Of a stretch of DNA of 64,000 bases, positions 18,904-27,534 are shown in pieces (the stretch's first letter is position 1; each line of letters starts with the position of its first letter). The DNA comes from Thecamonas trahens ATCC 50062 (Eukaryota; Protista; Apusomonadida), in contig NW_013657656.1 of assembly GCF_000142905.1 (NCBI RefSeq), forward strand, positions 179,369 through 243,368, written 5' to 3'. Under the pieces are notes generated by a model. That model was not told where the DNA came from and did not search any database. It worked only from the letters and a program-made list of their open reading frames with translations. The position numbers were made by a program, and so were the translations under genes.

Positions 18904-21615
18904 ATGATAGTGCGCAGCATCACCGGCAAGTCGTACGAGGTGGCGTTGCCGGCTTCAGCCAAGGTGGCGGACATGAAGGCAGCGCTGGAAGAAGCGTCGG
19001 GCATTCTGGCAGAGCATCAGATTCTGCTCTGGGAGGGCCGCAAGCTGGACGATGAGCGGGCACTGGGCTCGTACGTGGTGCGCGAGGGCTCGGCCGGAGC
19101 AGCCGAGATGCTCTCGCCGCGGTCGACCGGCTCGATCTCGTCGTCGGACTCGGGCGGGGTGGCGGCGTCGCCGGCGACACCGTCGTCGATCTTTCTGTTC
19201 TCGAAGCAGTTTCTTGCGCCGTCCAAGAGCAGCACGGCGACGGCGGCAGACGCGTCGCTCCTCGAACCGGTGCTCCCGCCGCTGCCTGAGCCGCTCCCGC
19301 TCTCGCCGGTCAACCGGTACAACCCGACCGGGGCGCGGTCGAGCGAGGCGACGACCAGCGACGTCATCGCTCAGTTTGAATACCACGCGCGGCGGGCTGG
19401 CTCTGTCCTCACTGCGGCTGCGGGCGTTGTCCGCGCCATCCGCACCTCGATGTCGGAGCAGTACGTCCAGGCGCAGGCGCTGTCTGCAGCGTACACCAAT
19501 CTGGGCGTCCACGCCAGCCAAGTCTTTTCGGCGCACGACACATACTCAGACTACTACGCGCGGGTCTCGGCTACGCACGACCGGCTCCTCTCCGGGTTTG
19601 AGGACAACGTCTCGCGAGTCGGCACGATCTCGCTCCCGCCGACGCTGGCGGCGCAGTTTGGCGCATCTTCGCTCCTCGACCGCGTCTCGCTCGATTCGCT
19701 CCGCAAGTGGAAGACGGCATGGTCGGGGCGTCGCGAGTCGTTTGCCTCCAAGATGACGGATCAGGCGAAGCGGGCTAGCCAACTTCGTGACGCCATTGCT
19801 GCCGCCACAAACAACTCGGCGCTCGACGTCTCGATCGACGGACTCTCGGAGCTCCACGCGGATGCCGAGGGCATCGAGACCGAGATGGAGGCCATTGTCC
19901 AGTCGTTTGCCGACGACGTGACGACGGTCCGGGGCTGGGCGCCGCGGGCGTTGCTGACGCACGACACGGCGCTCGACGCGCAAGCCATGTTCAAGCGGCA
20001 CGGCTCGCTCCTGCTCATGCTCCATGATGGGTACGATCGGCTCGTGGCCCGGGCTCTTGAGGTCCGCAGCCATCAGGAGCAGACGGCGGCCAACACGGCC
20101 GAAGCGCTGGTAGCGCTTGCGCAGATGCAGTCTGAGCTCAAGGCCATGGGCGATGCTCTCCCGGTCCACACCAAGGCGCTGCAAGCAGAGAAAAAGGCGT
20201 TCCGCCAGTTTGTGGTGCTCGAGCGGTTGCCGTCGGCGTACTACGCCGGCCTTGTCGAGGCCGTCCGCCGCAACCGGTTCAACTCTGCGCTCCGGGCCAC
20301 ACTCGCCGGCTACATCGACGCCATCTGGAGCGCGCTCCGGCTCGAGGCCCGTGCCCGGGTCCGGTTCCACAAATCGCGCGGCAAGTTCCTCACAGATTCG
20401 GTCCTGCCGGGCCTTTCATCGCGCTCGGTCCGCATCGACGTGCCGCTGAGGCTCTCGTCGCACGACGCCGAGAAGCCGGCAGTGCCCGAGCTGGACCCCG
20501 AGCTCCCGGCGCTCTCGCTCGAGGAGCTGCAGGACTTTCTCGGCGATGACCTCCCATACTGGCTGCTCGATTTGGCGTCGCCGGAGCTGGACCGCTCCAA
20601 CGTGTCGGACGTCGCGGCGTCGGTGTCGTCGCTCGGCTCGCTCTCGCTCGGGCTCTCGCGGTCGGGAGTGGAGAATCCTCCTGTCGACGCAGAAGCGGGT
20701 GCCGGACTTGACCTCGATCCCGCGACGCTGCTCGACGCCACCTCGGCCCCGCTCGCCAGCCGGACTGTGGCGCAGCCTGCTGCAAACGTGCCTGTCGACG
20801 CCGCGCCGGTTCCGGACGCCGCACTGGTCGCAGAGATGGAGGCTGGGCGTGCAGGGCTGGAAAGCGTGCTGGCCGCGGTCCCGCGGTTGGCGGCTAGCGC
20901 GCCGGTGGTGGCAGCGCTGCAGAGCCAGGTCGATGCGCTGGCGACGCGAGTGGCGGAGCTCGGCTCAATCGGCGAGGTTGCCGCACTCGCCGCGCGAGTT
21001 GATGTGCTGCGAACCGAGGTCGAGCACGCCGGCGCTGCATGTGCGGCTGAAGAGGCTGCCGAGTCGAGCTCGCCGTCAGGCGTCGATGCGGCAGCACTCG
21101 AAGCCGAGCTCGAAGCGACCAAGGCAGCGTCGGCCGCGCGCGAAGCCGAGCTGGAGAGCAAAGCCGAGCAGGCCGCGCAAGCCGCGCGGGTCTTCCACTC
21201 GCAGCTCAACGACCTCGGGCAGGCGATGCTTGCGGCGCTGGGCCGGATGCAGCAAGCAGACGAGGACGCGCCGCTGCCGAACCTTTCCAAGGTGCTGACG
21301 GCGATGGAGGCGTGCCACGCGAGAGCGGTGGCCGAGCTTGAGGCTGCGCAGGAGCAGCTCTCGGAGCGGGCAGTCCTCGCCGACTTTGCTACCGGTGACC
21401 TCGTGGTAGTGGTGGCAGGCGACGATGCCGAGCGGTGGCAGGTGGTGACCCGCGACGGCGAGGCTCGTCATGTGGTGGCGAGCGCCGATGTGGCGCGGCT
21501 GGCTCCGGTGGCGCACGGCGCACCGTGGCTGCTCGCCCGCCTCCTAGCGGTGGCGCCCAGTGACGATGGCAGCGGAATGGTGGTCCGGGCCGCGCCGCTC
21601 GCGCTTGATTTTTGA
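18904..21615 (+). CDS. ATG11: Autophagy scaffold ATG11/RB1CC1 (FIP200)-like protein
   Basis: N-terminal ubiquitin-like domain (IVRSITGKSYEV...HQILLWEGRKLDDERALGSY), ATG17-like helical region (LPSAYYAGLVEAVRRNRF...RVRF...GKFL), coiled coil, Claw-like end (LADFATGDLVVV...PWLLARL). A short upstream exon near 18702-18733 is possible. Confidence 0.82.
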   Translation: MIVRSITGKSYEVALPASAKVADMKAALEEASGILAEHQILLWEGRKLDDERALGSYVVREGSAGAAEMLSPRSTGSISSSDSGGVAASPATPSSIFLFSKQFLAPSKSSTATAADASLLEPVLPPLPEPLPLSPVNRYNPTGARSSEATTSDVIAQFEYHARRAGSVLTAAAGVVRAIRTSMSEQYVQAQALSAAYTNLGVHASQVFSAHDTYSDYYARVSATHDRLLSGFEDNVSRVGTISLPPTLAAQFGASSLLDRVSLDSLRKWKTAWSGRRESFASKMTDQAKRASQLRDAIAAATNNSALDVSIDGLSELHADAEGIETEMEAIVQSFADDVTTVRGWAPRALLTHDTALDAQAMFKRHGSLLLMLHDGYDRLVARALEVRSHQEQTAANTAEALVALAQMQSELKAMGDALPVHTKALQAEKKAFRQFVVLERLPSAYYAGLVEAVRRNRFNSALRATLAGYIDAIWSALRLEARARVRFHKSRGKFLTDSVLPGLSSRSVRIDVPLRLSSHDAEKPAVPELDPELPALSLEELQDFLGDDLPYWLLDLASPELDRSNVSDVAASVSSLGSLSLGLSRSGVENPPVDAEAGAGLDLDPATLLDATSAPLASRTVAQPAANVPVDAAPVPDAALVAEMEAGRAGLESVLAAVPRLAASAPVVAALQSQVDALATRVAELGSIGEVAALAARVDVLRTEVEHAGAACAAEEAAESSSPSGVDAAALEAELEATKAASAAREAELESKAEQAAQAARVFHSQLNDLGQAMLAALGRMQQADEDAPLPNLSKVLTAMEACHARAVAELEAAQEQLSERAVLADFATGDLVVVVAGDDAERWQVVTRDGEARHVVASADVARLAPVAHGAPWLLARLLAVAPSDDGSGMVVRAAPLALDF

Positions 21616-21633
21616 TGCAGTGTACCGTCGTGG

Positions 21634-22883
21634 CTACGTCGAGCTTGCGGTGCGGACAACGGTGACCGCCTGCTTGGCTACACTCTTAGTCAGCTCGATA
21701 AACTTGGTGTCCGGGAACGAGAGCTCGTCAGCGCGGAGGCGGGTGACAACGGCGAGCATGGCCGACACGAGCTTATCGCACTCGATCTTGGTCGCAGCCT
21801 TGGCCGCCGGCAGCGCGGCCGAGAACGCCTCGCGGCTGAGCGTGCGCCCTGTCTTAATGGTCTCCATCAGCGTGGCCGAGATCGACGACGCCGACTCGTC
21901 CGACTGTGACGCAACCAGCATGGTCCGGACTTTCGCCACAATCTCCTGACCAAGCGCGCTGATGGAAGCGCGGAGCTCGGGGGACATGGTTGCTGGAGCC
22001 GGGGCCGGGGCCGGGGCCGGGGCCGGGGCCGGGGCCGGGACCGGAGCCGGGCCGGGCCGGGCCGGGGCCGGGGCCGGAGACACAACCGCCTGCTGCGGCA
22101 GGCCATAAGGGGTGAACCGCGACTGGAGATAGATACCTTCAGCAATGTAGATGGCGGCAGCCTTGATGTCGGCGAGTAGGGCGGTGAAGCCGGGGTCGGG
22201 AAAGTCGGCCACCGACTTCATGTAGTGAATCATGTCAGTGCAGCGGCGGGTGAGGGCTTCGGCCTCCGTGGCCAGCGGTGGATGTTCGGCGCCGACGTCG
22301 CGGATGGCAATGATACGCTCCATGAGCGAAGCGACGAGCTTGCCCATGGGCTCGGTAGTCGCCTCGACCCGGGCCATCATGTCGAGCTGGTCGACAGCCT
22401 TGTTGCGGATGGCGAGAATGAGGCCGGCCTGCGGATGGACCGAGAGCTCGACAGTGTCGGCCACGACTTCCTCTGTCGGCAAATCGCCGTCCTCAAACGA
22501 CGGCGCTGCCGACGCCATCAGAGAGTCGAGCGCATCCAGTGCGCTCTGAGGCCCGGCTGCCGCCGTGGCCGCGGCCTCGGCGCCCATGACATTGTCAAAG
22601 GCATCAAAGGAAAAGTCGAGCCCGTCGATGTCAGGCTCGCCCGCCGACGACGCCGCCACCACCCCGTCAAAGTTGAGCATATCTTCCAGCGAGACCGGCA
22701 TCTCGCCGCCGATCGCCTCGACCGCCTGCCGGTGCACGTCTCAGGTGAGTTGGGGACGAGAGGAAGGGGCGGGAGGGGGCAGGGGGAGGGAGGTGGGGAG
22801 GGATGGGGTGCTCAACCTACCGACTGCACAAAGGCATCGTCGGCGAGCGAGGTCATGAGGTCGTCCAATAGCGGGTCGCTCAT
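21634..22883 (-). CDS. Hypothetical adaptor (about 384 aa): LD-like motifs, two helical bundles and a Pro-Ala linker; exons 22883-22821 and 22725-21634
   Basis: Exon 1 MSDPLLDDLMTSLADDAFVQS is joined in phase 0 by a GTAGGT..CAG intron (22820-22726, ACTCAC branch-like motif) to AVEAIGGEM... Confidence 0.75.
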
Positions 22884-23284
22884 TCGACGTCGCAGAGGGA
22901 GAGGAGCGAGAGAGCGAGAGAGAGAGAGAGAGAGAGGGTGCGGTGAGAGAGCCAGCGTGCCCGGCTTCGTCAAAACAGAAGACGGCGCCTGCTATCACGT
23001 GTCCCGGCATTGTTGCATTCTTCAACCGGAGCATTGCCCCAACTCGACCGAGGACGGCCCCGTCAGTGGGATCATGTGGAAGCAGTGCACCTGCATTATT
23101 GGCGCCCCTGCATCCAGGCGTTCAGCTTCTTTCTCGTCGGCCATCACGCCGCACCAGATCGCCCGAACTCCGACGAGTGAGACGCGTACAATCTCTCGTT
23201 CAAGCTAGAAGCTACTACTGCTCGACAGGATGAGAGCAGGGGTGAGCGCGGCGCACGTGGCGCATCAAGCCACCAAGCAATGGA

Positions 23285-23332
23285 AAGCCCAAGCCCAAGC
23301 CCAAGCCCAAGCCCAAGCCCAAGCCCAAGCCC
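23285..23332 (+). repeat. (AAGCCC)8 intergenic hexamer repeat
   Basis: Eight perfect copies. Confidence 0.9.
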
Positions 23333-23701
23333 AGCAACAGCTGCTTGGTCTCGTTGCTTCGCGCGCGATGGCGGTCGGTTTCGCTGGGCCGTCGCCGCAA
23401 CGCGCACCAAAAATCGATCGGATCATGATCGCGCGCTGTACACGGACACGACGGCATGGCCCACCCCCCCTACTAAGGGTAAAAAGGCTTTACAGAGTGC
23501 GATGTTGTGGGTTGTTGGCTCCACATGAGGAAAAGCCGTCTGTGGCTCTGTGGCCTTTGACCCGGTCAGACTGAATCGGCCGATTTTCGCACGCAGACCA
23601 GAAGCGGCTGCCGAGGCCTCGCTCCCGATCGAGCACGCCCAATCTGCGCACGGCTACGGCCTGAACCGATGGGTGCCGGTTTAGACATGGAGCGAGAAAG
23701 G

Positions 23702-25081
23702 CTACAGCTCGACGAGCGGCTTGATGGTCGAGGCCTTGGAAGGATAGCGGGTAAAGACAAAGTACGGGGTGAGGTCGCACTGGCACTCGGGGCAGTCGCC
23801 GTCGTGGTTGCAGAGCCCGTCGTAGAGCCGCCACAGGTCGCCCGTGTCCATCGCCTCGAGCCGGTCACGGAGCGAGGCGGCAAAGGAGTCGCGGGCGGTG
23901 GCGTCGGCGACCCGCTTGGCGTGCGCGGCCCGGATGAGCATGAGGTACATCTTAACTGCCTTGTCGTCGGGATCCGAGTCCGGGGCGGTCATGTCTGCGG
24001 CCTGGAGGAGCTTGGGCACGCCAAGCACGTTGTGCGCCGCGTCGTACGCAGCCTCGTGGTTGGCCACGTGGCCGTCGGCCGAGATGGCGCTGCCGTAGTC
24101 GAGGTACTCGTTGTCGAGCGCGTTGAGGAGGGCACCAAAGGCGCGCCCGTCCTTGAACGACCCGGAGAGGTCGCCAACATGCACGCCGTCGTACTGTGGC
24201 TTGTCGTTGACATGGTCCTGCACCCACTTGAGGATATCGTCCGACTTTGACCGCGACGACTTGTCACCGCCCACAAACTCGACAAAGAGAGTAAAGATAA
24301 AGCCGAGCACAAGCTCGCGGTTGCCGTCGACGAGGTTCTCGTTCGAGTACGACCCGCGGAAGCCGTGCTTGCGGAAGAGCTGCATCGCGAGGTCAACGTT
24401 CTGGATCTTTTGGATCCGGAACTTGGGCCGCTTCACATGCGGCGCGCAGTAGTCCTCGGTGAGGAGCTCCGCGAGCGGGATGAGAAACAGGCCGTCGTCA
24501 AAAGCCTTGGAGATGTCACGCTGGACGTGGAGGCCGACCTCGGCGAGAATCGAGTTGACCCACCCGGCAAACGCGTACTTTTGCTGCTTCACCCACATCG
24601 GCTCGTTGGCGTCGACCTGCGCCACCGTCGACGCCTCCTCCACCACGTTCTTCTTGGCCGCAGAGACCATGGCCCGCATCTCGGCCTCGCGTGCCGCCTT
24701 TTGCTCTGCCGCAATCCGCGCGTACCGGATGTTCATCTTCTCCTCCTCGGTCATGTCGTCGGTGATCTTGAACGGGTCGTCGTCCTCCTCCTCGTCTCCG
24801 TCGGCGGACGGCCCAGCATCCGCCGCAGCCTCGGACGCCGCCGCGGGTTNNNNNNNNNNNNNNNNNNNNNNNNNNNNNNNNNNNNNNNNNNNNNNNNNNN
24901 NNNNNNNNNNNNNNNNNNNNNNNNNNNNNNNNNNNNNNNNNNNNNNNNNTCGGAAGTGGCTTTTGATATTTGAGGTCGACTTGAAACTGTTGAGGCTAAT
25001 CTGCTTGCCGCAGAGCCTGCAGCAAGGAGCCTCTCTGTTCTGGTGCGTGACAAGCTGCCACAAGGCCGAAGAACGGGGCAT
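23702..25081 (-). CDS. Tandem calponin-homology (filamin/alpha-actinin-type actin-binding) protein with putative N-terminal BED zinc finger (gap between the parts)
   Basis: CH1 WVKQQKYAFAGWVN...FDDGLFLIPLAELL...PKFRIQKIQNVDLAM...LVDGNRELVLGFIFTL; CH2 ILKWVQ...VGDLSGSFKDGRAFGALL...LGVPKLL...PDDKAVKMYL; N-terminus SALWQLV...CRLCGKQI...STSNIKSHF. Confidence 0.8.
   Translation of the reverse strand: MPRSSALWQLVTHQNREAPCCRLCGKQISLNSFKSTSNIKSHFRXXXXXXXXXXXXXXXXXXXXXXXXXXXXXXXXXXPAAASEAAADAGPSADGDEEEDDDPFKITDDMTEEEKMNIRYARIAAEQKAAREAEMRAMVSAAKKNVVEEASTVAQVDANEPMWVKQQKYAFAGWVNSILAEVGLHVQRDISKAFDDGLFLIPLAELLTEDYCAPHVKRPKFRIQKIQNVDLAMQLFRKHGFRGSYSNENLVDGNRELVLGFIFTLFVEFVGGDKSSRSKSDDILKWVQDHVNDKPQYDGVHVGDLSGSFKDGRAFGALLNALDNEYLDYGSAISADGHVANHEAAYDAAHNVLGVPKLLQAADMTAPDSDPDDKAVKMYLMLIRAAHAKRVADATARDSFAASLRDRLEAMDTGDLWRLYDGLCNHDGDCPECQCDLTPYFVFTRYPSKASTIKPLVEL
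24850..24949. other. Assembly gap (exactly 100 N, likely an unknown-size placeholder)
   Basis: 100 N. Confidence 0.99.
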
Positions 25082-25120
25082 GCTGCGTGTGAGAGGGGTG
25101 TCTCCGTCTTGATCACCATC

Positions 25121-25186
25121 TTAGTCATTGACGTTTGACTGACTAACTAATGACTAAATCTTTTGACTACGAATGACTATGACTAT
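25121..25186. promoter_or_regulatory. Cluster of TGACTA(A) motifs in a divergent intergenic region
   Basis: TGACTA at 25140, 25151, 25164, 25174 and 25180 (+) and 25122-25127 (-), in an AT-rich patch between the head-to-head CH-domain and PGM genes. Confidence 0.35.
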
Positions 25187-25269
25187 CGTCGTTCCGTACA
25201 CTGGCCACCCCACCACCATCACCCCACACCCCACACTCCACCACCATCACCACACACCCTCCCCACCAC

Positions 25270-25313
<44 letters not shown>

Positions 25314-25318
25314 ACGCT

Positions 25319-27490
25319 ATGTACCGTGCCCAGTTCCCGTTCCCGTACACCTCCCCAGCTGGCCGCACCGTTCCCCCCGCCAGCCCGTACTTCCCCTACG
25401 GCACCCCGCCCGCCCTCTTTGCCCACCCCTCGCCACTGCCGGCCTCGCCTGCCGCCATGAACCTCGCCTCGCCGCTGCCCTCGTCCGGCTGGTACTCGCC
25501 GAGCCCGGCACTGTCGAGTGCGCCGGTGGGCGCCGCCTACGGCTTCGGCATGCCCTCGCCTGCCCGTCCGGCCGCCTACCCCTCGCCGCTAGTGGCCATG
25601 TCGTTCTCGCCGGCCCAGCCCGGCCCGCCGGCCTTCCACCCGCCGGCCTACTCGCCGCTCGCCGCCTACTCACCCTTTGCCCGTCGCGCCCATCACATGC
25701 CGCCGCCGCCATCATCTCCGTCGATGCGCGGCTTGCGGTCGCGCGCCGCCGCCGGTGCTGCCCGCGCCTCGGCCGCTGCCGCCGCCAACGGCATCTCCAT
25801 GTCCGCCATCACCCCGCAGATCCGCCCGCGCCCGGCCTTTACCATCTCACGCCTCGAGACTGCGGCGTACGAGGGTCAGAAGCCTGGCACCTCGGGCCTC
25901 CGCAAGAAGGTCGCCGTCATGCAGCAGCCCAACTACGTGGCCAACTTTGTCCAGGCCATCTTTGACGCTGTCGACGACCTCGCTGGCGCCACCCTTGTGG
26001 TCGGTGGCGACGGCCGCTTCTACAACGACGTCGTCATCCAGCTCATCGTCCGCATGGCTGCCGCAAACGGCGTCGGCAAGCTCATCGTCGGCCAGAACGG
26101 CATCCTCTCCACCCCTGCTGTCTCCGCCCTTGTCCGCGACTTTGGCGCCGCAGGCGGCATCATTCTCACCGCCTCGCACAACCCGGGCGGCCCCGATGGC
26201 GACCTTGGCATCAAGTACAACATCGGCAATGGTGGGCCCGCTCCCGACGCCGTCACCGCCGCAATCTACGACGCCACAAAGTCCATCTCGCGCATCCTCA
26301 CCGCAGACGACATCGACGACATCGCCCTCGCCACCCCGGCCCGCTACACCTTTGCTGGCTCTGACTTTGAGGTCCAGGTCGTTGACTCGGTCGCCAACTA
26401 CGTCGACAACATGAAGCGCATCTTTGACTTTCCGGCAATTTCCAGCCTTCTCACATCGGGCTCTTTCTCTATGGTCTTTGACGCCATGCACGGTGTCACA
26501 GGGCCCTACGCCACCGCCGTTCTCGTCGACGAGCTTGGCGCCCCGCCCTCGTCCGTCATCAACGGCACTCCGCTGCCCGACTTTGGCGGTGGCCACCCGG
26601 ACCCGAACCTCACCTACGCCCACGACCTCGTCGAGCTCATGAACTCGGGCAAGTACGACTTTGGCGCCGCCTCGGACGGCGACGGCGACCGCAACATGGT
26701 CCTCGGAAACCAGTTCTTCGTCAACCCGTCCGACTCGGTCGCCATCATCGCCGCACATGCCAACGACACCATCCCCTTCTTTGCCCGCTCGCCGCTCACA
26801 GGCCTCGCCCGCTCCATGCCCACCTCCCAGGCCCTCGACCGCGTCGCCGCGCATCTCGGCCTGGAGCTCTACGAGACTCCCACCGGCTGGAAGTACTTTG
26901 GCTCGCTCATGGATGCCGGCCTCATCTCCATCTGTGGTGAGGAGTCCTTCGGCCAGTCGTCTGTTCACATCCGCGAGAAGGATGGCCTCTGGGCTGTCCT
27001 CGCCTGGCTCTCCATCCTCGCCGCCAACCCGGGCTCCTCCGTCGAGGACATCTGCACCCGCCACTGGGCCTCCTATGGCCGAAACTACTTTACCCGCTAC
27101 GACTTTGAGGAAGTCGACTCGGACGGCGCCGCAGAGCTCATGGCCCGCCTCGTCCGCAAGCTCGACTCTTGGGTCGGCGGCAAGCTCGACGCCGGCTACG
27201 TCGTCCGCCACGCCGACGAGTTTGCTTACGTCGACCCCGTCAACGGCGCCCGCGCCTCCAACCAGGGCATCCGTTTCCTCTTTGATGACGGTTCGCGCAT
27301 TGTCTTCCGCCTCTCGGGCACGGGCTCCTCCGGCGCAACCATCCGTGTCTACATCGAGCAGTACGAGCCCGACGCCTCAGAGGCCTCCACCCCAGCCTCC
27401 GAGAAGCTCGCCCCGCTCGTCAACCTCGCCCTCTCCATGTCGCGCATGGAAGAGTACACCGGCCGCACAGAGCCGACAGTCATCACCTAA
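25319..27490 (+). CDS. PGM1: Phosphoglucomutase (PGM1-type) with long low-complexity N-terminal extension
   Basis: GQKPGTSGLRKK, catalytic TASHNPGG, metal loop DGDGDR, CGEESFG, FRLSGTGSSGATIR, terminal PTVIT. Start could instead be a downstream Met (e.g. 25799). Confidence 0.95.
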   Translation: MYRAQFPFPYTSPAGRTVPPASPYFPYGTPPALFAHPSPLPASPAAMNLASPLPSSGWYSPSPALSSAPVGAAYGFGMPSPARPAAYPSPLVAMSFSPAQPGPPAFHPPAYSPLAAYSPFARRAHHMPPPPSSPSMRGLRSRAAAGAARASAAAAANGISMSAITPQIRPRPAFTISRLETAAYEGQKPGTSGLRKKVAVMQQPNYVANFVQAIFDAVDDLAGATLVVGGDGRFYNDVVIQLIVRMAAANGVGKLIVGQNGILSTPAVSALVRDFGAAGGIILTASHNPGGPDGDLGIKYNIGNGGPAPDAVTAAIYDATKSISRILTADDIDDIALATPARYTFAGSDFEVQVVDSVANYVDNMKRIFDFPAISSLLTSGSFSMVFDAMHGVTGPYATAVLVDELGAPPSSVINGTPLPDFGGGHPDPNLTYAHDLVELMNSGKYDFGAASDGDGDRNMVLGNQFFVNPSDSVAIIAAHANDTIPFFARSPLTGLARSMPTSQALDRVAAHLGLELYETPTGWKYFGSLMDAGLISICGEESFGQSSVHIREKDGLWAVLAWLSILAANPGSSVEDICTRHWASYGRNYFTRYDFEEVDSDGAAELMARLVRKLDSWVGGKLDAGYVVRHADEFAYVDPVNGARASNQGIRFLFDDGSRIVFRLSGTGSSGATIRVYIEQYEPDASEASTPASEKLAPLVNLALSMSRMEEYTGRTEPTVIT

Positions 27491-27534
27491 GCCTCTTCTC
27501 TTGGCCTCGATAACACTCGCACATAATCTGCGCC

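Noticed and set aside
23285-23332. (AAGCCC)8 as an interstitial telomere or (QA)n coding region
   Set aside because: Differs from CCCTAA, is short, and the surrounding ORFs lack coding character.
24950-25081. BED finger as evidence of an intact hAT transposon
   Set aside because: No DDE or hAT dimerisation domain, terminal inverted repeats or target-site duplication are visible.
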